Positions 27,447 through 38,296 of a stretch of DNA of 48,417 nt are shown here, in pieces. The DNA is from Octopus sinensis (lineage: Eukaryota): assembly GCF_006345805.1 (NCBI RefSeq), contig NW_021834464.1:1-48417 (forward strand), in the 5' to 3' direction. The translations under genes were made by a program, and so were the position numbers. The notes under the pieces were generated by a model. That model made no database searches. It was not told the origin of the DNA and saw only the letters and a list, made by a program, of their open reading frames with translations. How positions within the stretch are numbered: the first letter of the stretch is position 1; the number at the start of each line of letters is the position of its first letter.

Positions 27447-27476
27447 CAGCAGTAGTTGTTGTTGTTGTTGTTGTTC
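27285..27476. repeat. (TAG)n/(CAG)n/(TTG)n microsatellite
   Basis: Directly visible. Confidence 0.95.
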
Positions 27477-28268
27477 CAACACGTGTTTTGGTGTCTGCTA
27501 AACTGACCATTAAATGCGATTGTTTATCTAAGCTGTCAATCACAAAGTAAGCCAGTTCGAAGATACCAAAATATTTAACACCAAACAATTTTCCTAATGT
27601 TGTTTTTTTTCTTTCCACGGCAGCCATTTTTTTCTGTTTTCTGTTTTTTTGTTTTACCAAATACAAGAAGGCAACAAAAAAAAAACAACTTAAAATGTAT
27701 AAATACAAAATGCTCAAAAAATATAACAGGCTGAAGAACAGAAAGGAAAAAAAAAATAGCATGAAAAAAGAGAAAAAATATCAAAACACAAGATAAGACG
27801 GGAGCAAAAAACAAAAAAGGGCAAAAAATGATATCGAGAAAATCCAGCTAAGTCTCCTCTCACATTACAAAATTAGTTTATTTGTGGATTACTTGCAACG
27901 GAATCTTACTTGAGATTGACACCTGCTGTGCTGGAAGGATCTGGAAAAACTTTCACAGTAACAGAAACACGTACACCCGCACATACACTCGCAAGTCAAC
28001 ACACAAACATGTGTCTGTAATGTGAGTGTGTATGCGAGCGTGTGTGTGCCGGTAGTGGACTGGTGGGGGCCTATGGAGAGAGAAAGAAAGAAAGACAGAA
28101 AGGAAGAAAGAAAGGAAGACTGTGAGAGAAAGAGAGAGAGATGAACGAGGGCATTATGTAAATAAGTTATCTTGCAGACATAATGAAAATATTGTTCTCG
28201 TCAAATGCATTTTAGCAAAGATCTCGGTAGAGTTGAAATGGTTCAGTGGTTAGGGCTATGGTATAACA

Positions 28269-28500
28269 GGCGGCGAGCTGGCAGAAACGTTAGCACGCCG
28301 GTCGAAATGCGTAGCCGTATTTCGTCTGCCGCTACGTTCTCAGTTCAAATTCCGCCGAGGTCCACTTTGCCTTTCATCCATTCGGGGTCGATAAATTAAG
28401 TACCAGTTACCCACTGGGGTCGATGTAATCGACTTAATCCGCTTGCCTGTCCTTGTTTGTCCCCTCTGTGTTTAGCCCCTTGTGGGTAGTAAAGAAATAG
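28269..28500 (+). mobile_element. Full-length SINE family A with TSD ggtataaca
   Basis: TSD at 28260-28268 and 28500-28508; A/B boxes. Confidence 0.92.
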
Positions 28501-28789
28501 GTATAACAGAATGTAATATTTAAACAAAGATAATCAAATAAAAACATGAACATTCATATAAATACATACATATATATACACATACACACACATAGACATA
28601 TATATGTGTGTGTTTGTATGTGTGTGCGTATGTATATAGCATTGTTTTTTTTTGTCTTATGATATGAATGAACATGGAGCACATGTAACATGTAATACTA
28701 GTTTCAAATTTTGGCACAAGACCAGTACTTTGGGGGTGGGAGGGGATAAACTGGGTGCATTGACCACTGCTCAATTAAAAAAAAAAACA

Positions 28790-28988
28790 ACCTTCTCGTG
28801 TCATACCGACTCATAACGGCCAGTTTTCCGCTTCCATGGTTGTCCGTTGCAAGATTAACTCCTTCTTGCCAGCAGGGTGGAAATGAAATGCTTTGCTCAA
28901 AAACACAACGCGTCACCCGGCCCAGGAATCGAAACCACCATCTTACGATCATGAATCCAAAACCCTAACCACTAAGCCATGCCCCTCC
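28790..28988 (-). mobile_element. SINE head D + tail 2, internally deleted
   Basis: Head matches 3895-3995; tail matches 18807-18860. Confidence 0.75.
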
Positions 28989-29145
28989 AGCCGGTGCTAA
29001 ATTGTTACTTATTTTATCCTTTCGGGTTCATTCAATTAAGAACCAGCCAACCTTGGCAGAATTTGCTCTCAGAGTGTAAAAAGAAACGAAATGCCGCTAT
29101 GTATTTTGCCTGGCGTGCTAACATTTCTGATGGCTCAAAGAATTA

Positions 29146-29396
29146 TTGGGTTGGTGTATAATTATTGCGGCTTCTATTCAACACAATTAATTCACCAAAA
29201 ACAATAACAATATTTAACAAAAACATTTTTAAATGACGGTCTGATTGTCTGTAAAGTAAATAGGGAGCAGTAATTGAAGTAGATGTTGAATATGCTCCGA
29301 AATAATCATTTAAATATATTTTTGTTACATGCTGTTACTGTTTTTGTTGAATAAAATTTGTTGAAGAAAAGCCGCAATAATTATGCACCAAACCAA
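29146..29396. mobile_element. Mariner-type MITE with long TIRs and TA TSD
   Basis: ttgggttggtgtataattattgcggctt / aagccgcaataattatgcaccaaaccaa. Confidence 0.9.
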
Positions 29397-29764
29397 TATA
29401 TATTATATATTCAAAATTATTATGATCTGAAGCATGTATTGATGAATAGATCGTAAAGGCGGAATAAATGTGATGCCGTTTTTCGGACTACTATACGTAG
29501 CAACTGTATGACATCCGGATGCAAATTCGTGTTTCTTGGAGTGATGTTACTGAGACAGTAGGTGTGAAACTCTCACAAATGGAAACGCATAGCAAAAGAT
29601 TCCTGAATGTGGGGTAATACAAAGAAATAAAAAAAATAATAAAACAACGGTAGCCTTGGCAACTTAAACGGTAGCAATATTTCCAGTGTGAATAACAACC
29701 ACAGCAACAATAACAACAAGAACAACTACAGCAGTAACAACAACAACTACAGCAGCAGCAACAG

Positions 29765-30135
29765 TGGAGGCGCAATGACCCGATAGTTAGGGCAGCGGAT
29801 TCGCGGTCGGAGGATCACGGTTTCGATTCCCAGACAGGGCGTTGTGTGTGTTTATTGAGCTAAAACACCTAAAGCTCCACGATGATCCGGCAGGGGTTGG
29901 TGGCGACCTTTGTTATACTCTTTCACCCCAACTTTCTCTCACTCTTTCTTCCTGTTTCTTGTCCCCCGACTTCCTACGCAACCGCTGAGCCTGGATGCGC
30001 ATTCATCCATCCGTTGATGCTCTCGGTGTCGGGGGTTGACCTGCTTTCTCTTCTGCGGGTCTTACGAATAGCAAAGGACCACGTTTCGGACTTCTTCCAT
30101 CTTGCGAGCTCTGGGTCGAAGACCGTTCGCTCAAC
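29765..30135 (+). mobile_element. SINE head C + tail 3, in (CAA/CAG)n
   Basis: First ~195 nt match 26008-26200, followed by an unrelated tail. Confidence 0.85.
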
Positions 30136-30428
30136 AGCAACAGCAATAGCAACAGCAGCAACAACAATAACAACGACAGCAGTGCCTTCGCAGCGACGGC
30201 TACAAAGTACAAAGAGTTATATGAGAAGGATACACTGCAGAAGGATGTATGTTTGGCCCAAGCACCCAAACAGATCAGGCTGGATACAGAGAGGGTTGAC
30301 AATGATATCCCCCGCCCCTCCCCCGCCACAGAAGGGCAGCAAGGTCTTCAGGCACCACCGTATACTACGACGTTTGTTATATGTCTATGTAAATAATGTG
30401 ATCGACGATATAAAGAAACGATTTATAC

Positions 30429-30462
<34 letters not shown>

Positions 30463-30471
30463 TTAGTTATT

Positions 30472-30626
30472 TGAAAGCAGCCATGCTGGACCACCACCTT
30501 TGATCGAACAAATCGACCCCAGAACTTATTATATCGGTCTCTTTTGCCGAACCGCTAATTACGGGGACGTAAACACACCAGCAGCGGACAGACACATACA
30601 CATAAATTACATACATACATACAAAC

Positions 30627-30706
<80 letters not shown>

Positions 30707-30868
30707 ACGGGCTTCTTTCAGTTTCCGACTACCGAATCTACTCACAAAGCTTTGGTCGGTGCAAGGCTATAGTAGAAGACACTTACCCAAGATGTCACGC
30801 AGTGGGACTGAACCTGGAACCATATGGTTGAGAAACAAGCTTCTTACCACACAGCCACTCCTGCGCCT
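30472..30868 (-). mobile_element. SINE family B with expanded internal (TA)n
   Basis: Aligns to 26720-27139. Confidence 0.9.
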
Positions 30869-30913
30869 ATATGTGTGTGTGAGTATGTACATACATGCAC
30901 ACACACACACACT

Positions 30914-30944
<31 letters not shown>

Positions 30945-31748
30945 GCATGTATGTATTATGTATATATATATATATGAAATTGCATGTGTGTGTATAGATA
31001 TATACATGTATTTGTATATGTATATATATGCTTACATAAACATATAAATATACATATATATATATGTGTGGTGTGTGTGTGTGTGTGCGTGTGTGTGTGT
31101 GTATTTGTGTGTGCGTGTGTGTGTGTGTGTTTGAGCTTACGCGTTCGTGATTGCATGCTATGATAAATAGCTACTCCGAAGACAAACTACTTGTGTTTCT
31201 AATATTCACATCACCAAAACAACTAACGAAATATCTTCATCGAGCAACTAAGAAAATGTTTAAACAGAGAATGGTTGCAAAGTCCAATAGAGATTAACAG
31301 CAGAAAATTAAGTAAAGAAAGGAAAATAATGGCGATTTTGTTACGGTATCTTTACCGCTAAAAAAATACATTACAATAGCAGCTTTAACACCATAAGTGA
31401 CATTAAAAACTAATCTAAAATAAACTTGCAAAACTGTGTATTGTTGTAATAATAGAAATACGTATCTCGTAAATGTAATGAAAACAGGTTTTCAATGTAA
31501 AGCATCTTAGTGAAGATTTCGATAAACATGAAGCGAAGTCATTATTAGAGTAATCATTTATAGTAGTTTCTAGCATCCATGGCTATGTGGTAAGGACGCT
31601 AGCTTCCAAATGACCTGAGCTGGCGTTCAAACCCATCGCAAGGCATCTTCAACAAGTGCCTTTTCTCTATGATTTTAGGGTGAATGAATTTGGTGGACAG
31701 AAAAGGTGTGTAATTCAGTTGTACATACGTACAAACATACATACATAT

Positions 31749-32075
31749 ATTATTATTATTATGGCTGCCCCCTCGTTATCGAGTATGGCCATTGCACGAA
31801 GCTTAACTGTTACTGGTGCTGTGATCGAATGTGACTTTTTAGCCCAGCTAAAGATCTACAATGTCTTGTACAGAATTGGCAACTAATACCTTTACCGGTA
31901 ATAGCCGGCTGTAGTTGTAACTGGGCTTCATGTACCTTTGCATGTCGTTTAAGTCCTCCTGCTGAATTACACTCTCTTCCACATGCCCGACAGATATGAC
32001 TAGTATGGTGTGTTACACCACGACCAGTGGCCAGGTTGTCACTCATCTGTCTCGCTTTATGACTACGAAGATGAC
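31749..32075 (-). mobile_element. RTE-clade LINE 3' end encoding two C2H2-like fingers, (TAA)n tail
   Basis: CRACGRECNSAGGLKRHAKVH and CQFCTRHCRSLAGLKSHIRSQH lie immediately before a short 3' UTR and repeat tail. Confidence 0.7.
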
Positions 32076-32161
32076 TCTTGAGTCATACATACATACATTC
32101 ATACATGCATACATACATACATACATACATTCATACATGCATACATACATACATACATACA

Positions 32162-32194
<33 letters not shown>

Positions 32195-32264
32195 GTCGTG
32201 CGTGTGCGTGTATGTGTGTATGTGTTTGTAAAGATATATAAATGTATGTGTGTCTACATGTATG

Positions 32265-33100
32265 TACGGCAGGCCAAAATTCATGCGGCGTTAAATTCAA
32301 TACGCTTCCGGAATTATCAGACAAGTTTCAATATTCCTAAAACTGAATAAAATAAAATAATAATAATGTATACACAGGTACTTGTACACGATAAACCGGA
32401 ACCTCCACTACGAACATTTCAGAGTGTTTGGGTGTCAATCTGAGAACAGTGCAATCTGAGATCGCGTACCGAGAGTGATAAACATCAAACATCCAGTCAA
32501 CATCATGGTGTTTGGAGTGAGCATTAGTGATGGTGCCGCTATGCCTCGATTCATCTTCACACACGGCCTCAGACTCAACACGGTGGCCTACTTCAAGTGC
32601 TTGGAGTTGGTTGTGCTGCCCTGGGTTAAAAGGGTGGCTGCAGGAAGACCTATGCCTGGCAACAGGACTCTATATCTTGCCATACAAGCATGAGAACCCA
32701 GTCATGGCTGCCGGACAATTTCTGCGGCCACATCACCCCTAACATCTAGCCACCTAACTCCCCAGACTGCAGACCACTTGATTATTATGCGAGGGGCGGA
32801 TTTGAACGCGAGACCAATAAAGCTCCTTGTAACACTAAAGATGAACTGAAGGCAAGGATTATGGCAGCATTCACCAACTTCAACGAGGAGACTGTCCAGA
32901 AGAATTGCAGGAGATTCTTAAATGTCTGGATTACTTGGTTGAAGCCAATGGCGATTTTATTGAATAAATTTACTCTTTAATATTTCAAGATATTTTTATG
33001 TAATTTTGGTAAATATAAGTAAATATGTCTCTTAAAATAAGATGCCAGTGTTATTTTCATTTTTGATTAATTTAACGGACAGTTTATTCACTTCATCCAG
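32265..33100 (+). mobile_element. Internally deleted maT (DD37D) transposon
   Basis: KHPVNIMVFG, then WQQDS..37 aa..PLDYY (spacing counted), ending VEANGDFIE*. The N-terminal HTH remnant is joined directly to the catalytic region. Confidence 0.85.
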
Positions 33101-33133
<33 letters not shown>

Positions 33134-33306
33134 GTGCGTGTGTGTGTATGTGTGAACGTGTGTGCAGGCGTGCGTGTGTGTGTGAGTATGAATGTATGAA
33201 TATATTTCTACACGTATACGCAAACACTCTCACACATACATGCACGTATGCATGTATATATATATGTGTGTGTGTGTAAAAGGAAGTGTAAAAAAAAAAA
33301 CGAAAT

Positions 33307-33540
33307 GCCGGCGAGCTGGCAGAAACGTTAGCACGCCGGGCGAAATGCGTAGCCGTATTTCGTCTGCCGTTACGTTCTGAGTTCAAATTCCGCCGAGGTC
33401 GACTTTGCCTTCCATCCTTTCGGGGTCGATAAATTAAGTACCAATTACGCACTGGTGTCGATGTAATCGATATAATCCCTTTGTCTGTCCTTGTTTGTTC
33501 CCTCTATGTTTAGCGCCTTGTGGGCAATAAAGAAATAGGT
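33307..33540 (+). mobile_element. Full-length SINE family A
   Basis: Near-identical to 28269-28500. Confidence 0.92.
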
Positions 33541-33591
33541 AAATATATTTGTATGTATGTATATGCATATATTTGTGTGTGCATTCGTGTA

Positions 33592-33628
<37 letters not shown>

Positions 33629-33739
33629 ATTCACCTATTATCTTTCCTACATTTAATATATGAAACACTGTAAGAAATCAATGATATATCAATGTGATAT
33701 ATCAAGGCGATAAGCTATGGATTATCCCAACGATTATGG

Positions 33740-33805
<66 letters not shown>

Positions 33806-33956
33806 CATCTTCTAAGTTCGAATCTAGCTCGCGGCTCATGTTACATTCCATCCTTCCAGCATCGATAAAAATAATTAATCGTCAAGCTCAGAGATCGATA
33901 TAACTGACTGTACTCACCACAGAAAATTCACATACACAGACAACAAGCTATATACA

Positions 33957-34034
<78 letters not shown>

Positions 34035-34724
34035 ATTATCTCGTACTTGTGTTAGCAATCGTTTATATATTTCATCTTCACCAAGAGGCTAATAATATCT
34101 AATTAATATTCAACCAGCTGCAATTCTCTCATCCTAATTCAAAGAACTACATTTTTCCGACTGTTTTTCTCCCCGCCAGTGGCTTAACAGCAGCGAATAC
34201 AAAACAACATAACGACATGATTTCGATCGAGGCTCACAGATTATCCCGTAGAGAGAAGGGTTTATTTGGTTGTTATGTGATAACAATAACCATTATGTAG
34301 CTAACGGATGGGAAGAAGTTTTGATGTTGTTATCATTGTTGCTGTTGTTGTGGTTGATATTGTTGTTGTTGTTGTTGTTGTCTTAATTCTTTTTGTCCTA
34401 TTCTATGACAATTGTATGTTGTTTTTGTTTTTTTTATTCTTGTTTTCTTTTATTTCTTCCTCACATACCGATATAATTATATTAATTAGTAAAATAGACG
34501 AAACTAAATATGTGTGTGAGCACGTTCAATTTATTCATCGGTGTGTGTGTCTGTGTATGTGTGTATGTGTGTGTATGTGTGTGTGTGAAGAACTGTATAC
34601 AAGGTTGTGTAGTTAGTTTAATGGTCCATGATATCGTGGGAACATATCTATTTGTATGTGTGTACATAGCTATAGAAACACCTTCGTGAGTTTATCCTAC
34701 ATACATTGTATATACGTAGATATA

Positions 34725-34767
<43 letters not shown>

Positions 34768-35222
34768 CATACATACATATACGTATAGGTATAAATAAAT
34801 ACCTACGCATGTGTGTGTATCTGTATGTATAAGTATGTACGTCATAATGATGCCTAAGGTAACTTGATCCTCATAATAAGCCTGGCTTTACTCTCACACC
34901 ATCAGTCACACCATCAGTAAATACTTGGTTGGAATTCTTTGTCTACAATAATAACCTCTTTCTGGCAATCATGTATATAGATATGTATATATATATATAT
35001 ATACGTATATATACATATATATATGTACATATACTCACACACACATAAGTATGTATGTGCGTGTCCGCGCGTGTGTGGAAAGTGAGATTCGGATAAAAAA
35101 AAACATGTACGATGTTGTGCAAAGCTCGTCCAAAGTTATTGGCTTGCTGAGGTCATCATGTAGTTGGAATGCTTTTCCTACTTAATATACTTCGCGAATT
35201 CAATAGCAATCTATAGAATTTA

Positions 35223-35557
35223 CATAAATAGAGAAATGAATGAAAACAGAATTAATGGAAATTTTCATTTAAAAGCACTACAGTCGTTTTCGACATATTC
35301 TTACACCTTTAGAATATAGGTGAGATGTGCAACAAAGGCAATCATGATCTTATATCCAAGGTGTGGAACTCCTACGATTCATATTAGTTAAACCATCATC
35401 TGAGGAGGCATATTCGACTCGACACCTTTGATGTAAGATAATGATTGTACAAAATTTCACCTGTGTACTATAGGTGTAAGAATGCGTCAAAACAATTTTA
35501 GCGAGTTTAAATATATTATCGTTAATTCCATTTTCATTCATTTGTCTATTTATATGT
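35223..35557 (+). mobile_element. Imperfect fold-back element containing a degenerate long-stem-II hammerhead
   Basis: Arms ~35223-35367 and ~35419-35557; CTGAGGA at 35400 in the spacer; stem II ggcatattc/gaatgcgtc. Confidence 0.65.
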
Positions 35558-35658
35558 ATGTATATGCGTATATACCTATATATATATCTGTATGCATTTC
35601 TATCAAGCTACCCATCTATCTATCTATCTATCTATTTATCTACCTATCTATCTATATA

Positions 35659-36790
35659 CAGGCGTTGTACAAAATAATGAAAACACCTAGCATCATAGCT
35701 TCAAAAGCTTGTTTATTTTTATGTTTTCTTTATTTATTATTAGTGTTGCTTAATATGTTTTGCTAAAATTGCTGTTTCTTTTCAGATATCATCAGATAAA
35801 GGTAATTAAAATTTCATTAAAATTACAGGTCTATCGGACTTTCAAAGATATCAAATTGTTGGTGTTCGTATGGCAGGCGTTAACATAATGAAAACCACCG
35901 AATTGCTTGGTATATCAAGAAGTACTGTCTCGAAAGTAATAACAGCCTTTGAGAAACAAAACTCCAGAAGAAGACCAAAACTTTCAGATAGAAACCGTCT
36001 GACTCTTACGCGAATTGTTAGAAAGGATCACAAAACTACAGCTCCCGAAATTACTGCAGAGCTTAATAACCACCTCGAAAACCCAGTTTCCACAAAAAAC
36101 TGTTTGCTGAGAGTTGCACAAAACCGGAAATTACGGCAGGGCTGCTATCAGAAAACCACTACTTTCAAAAACAAACGTTGCAAAGCAATTAGTGTTGAGT
36201 AAAAACCTACAGAATTGGTCCCAAGTGCTGTGGAAGTATGTTATTTTCTCGGACGAGTCATCCTTTACCTTATTTCCGAACACCGGCTGAATAGATGTGT
36301 GGAGACATCCAAAAGAAGCATTTGACCCAGACTGCTTTCTTCCAACTGTTAAACATGGAGGAGGAACTGTGTTGATCTTCGATGTTATATCTTGGAATTG
36401 CGTCGGCCTAATGGTTTCGCTTCATGGCAGAATTAATAGTCAAGACTATTTAAGCATTTTATCTGAACAAATTCATCATATGGTTGCGGAACTGTTTCCA
36501 AAGGAAACCGCAATCTTTCAGGATGATAATGCACCAATTCACACAGATAAAATTGTTATTGAATGACATGAGGAACATTCTAGTGAACGTGAACATCTTA
36601 TCTGGCTACCACAGTCCACAGATCACAATATTATTGAACATTTATGGTGCATTTTAGAAAAACAAGTAAGGAGTCGATATCCTCCACCATCATCACTACA
36701 AGACTGTTTTAACTGAGGAATGGGAAAAAATTACTTTGGAAACAATTCAAACTTTGTACATACTTCGTAGAATTCAAGCAAAGATTGCAA
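35659..36790 (+). mobile_element. Degenerate Tc1 (DD34E) transposon, right end missing
   Basis: Starts TA-cagg; motifs LSDFQRYQIVG, FSDESSF, TVKHGGG, FQDDNAPIH, WLPQSTDHNIIEHLW. Confidence 0.92.
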
Positions 36791-36869
36791 TACTTATTTA
36801 TTTTTTAAAGCCTGGTACTAACTATCGTATTTTGTGAAATATAACGCGTCTTGAATGGCACAACAAAGC

Positions 36870-37500
36870 AGTCTAACAAATATTTCGGAATATAAAAATT
36901 CCTTCTTCAGATATTGCTAAGAATTGATCGAGTCACTGCTATAATTTTTTTTTTTTCAACGGTTCCTAAAATATTCTTTTCGGAAGCGTCTCTGCAGTGG
37001 TCTCATGAATCTCCTTCCGGAATTCCTCATGAGAAGTGCGTGAGGGCGGCCATGTCTCGTGCACGTGTTTGCTGGCATATCTGCAGCGCTGTTTCTTTGT
37101 TATGTATCATACGTGCAATTAAAAAAAAATTATGATACATGAGCATGTTACCAGAAACGAACTTACACGCATCCGGATGTAGCTAAATAATATATTGATT
37201 GCTAATTTCCAGCCTGTTGTTAATTTGGGGCCTTAGTCTGTCTGTGAGGATAGCTTCCTTAATTCTTAGATTTCCTAATTTTTTGTCATTGACCTCAACT
37301 GTTATGCATTTGTCGGTGTTCCGGCATCGGTCCAGATGTTTTCTGAAGGAGGAGGTACGCATGTTGACCTGTTCTTTCATACGAATGTGTAATGGTCTTG
37401 CTGTGCTACCCACATAGAACTTGTTGCATTTGTTACGTTGTATTCTATACACAACATTCACTCGTTGCCATAAATCTGTGTGACGGATGGGGCAGTTAGC
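36870..37500 (-). mobile_element. Penelope-like element 3' fragment: GIY-YIG endonuclease (37183-37461) and downstream terminal region
   Basis: NVVYRIQ..KCNKFYVGSTARPLHIRMKE...LRIKEAIL...PQIN; HHR-like remnant at 36870-36920. Confidence 0.85.
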
Positions 37501-37544
37501 TACTGTACATTGATTGCTGTCCCTTGCTCGTTTCTTTGATGGGT

Positions 37545-37741
37545 ATATCTTTTTTTTTTTGCCGAACCGCTAATTTATGTGGACATAAACAAGCCAACAC
37601 CGGCTGTCAAGCGGGGGGAGAGACAAACACAGATACAAAGACGCCCATGGATAATTATATATTCAACGAGCGTCTTTCAGTCTCCGACTACCAAATTCGC
37701 TCAGAATGATATGATCGACCCGAGGCAATTATAGAAAGGAC
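37545..37741 (-). mobile_element. Diverged SINE family B, truncated at the retrozyme-like unit
   Basis: tttgccgaaccgctaa...tctttcagtctccgactaccaaattc. Confidence 0.7.
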
Positions 37742-38127
37742 TCGAGCGGTTACTGTTTACATCTCGTTCAGAGATTTATTATGCTTTTCGAAATCAGTGA
37801 CAGTAGTTACTGGGAAAAACATTAAATAGATATTTGCAAACAGGTCTCTCTTCGTCGAAAACCGGTGATTACCGTACGTTGACAAGAGGCAAATACCTCG
37901 AAACTGCAGTCCGTGCGTATCACTTAGGTTTACGAGAGTGGGATGACCTCTCTTTGCAAATATCATAAGGACACAGAAAGTGTGCCTAAAGCCAGCTGGA
38001 GACGATGATCTCCTGGGGCTAAAAGCTACAGTAACACCCACCCTTAGTGGTTAACCATATTGAGATGGCTAGTATACTTTACGTTGTCGAGCGGTTACTG
38101 TTTACATCTCGTTCAGAGACTTATTAT
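37742..38127 (+). mobile_element. Retrozyme-like unit: 345-nt monomer plus 41-nt terminal redundancy
   Basis: Direct repeats 37742-37782 and 38087-38127 (1 mismatch); central hammerhead; no coding capacity. Confidence 0.75.
37873..37917 (+). ncRNA. Type I hammerhead ribozyme, U3-A8 core variant
   Basis: cguacg UUGACAA gagg caaaua ccuc GAAA cugca GUC cgugcg; all three stems pair; predicted cleavage after 37911. Confidence 0.85.
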
Positions 38128-38142
38128 TGCTTATATATATAG

Positions 38143-38195
<53 letters not shown>

Positions 38196-38296
38196 ATATA
38201 TATATATATATAATATATAAATATAATATATATATTTACACATGCACACGCGTGCACACGTACAGACACATACGCACACAAAAATACACACATATA

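Noticed and set aside
27280-27762. 160-aa mucin-like ORF
   Set aside because: The Thr/Ala tail is a (TAG/CAG)n microsatellite and the N-terminus is low-complexity; no homology recognised
36965-37038. Minus-strand CUCAUGA ggaa...uucc GAAA
   Set aside because: G5 is mutated and stems I and III are unconvincing
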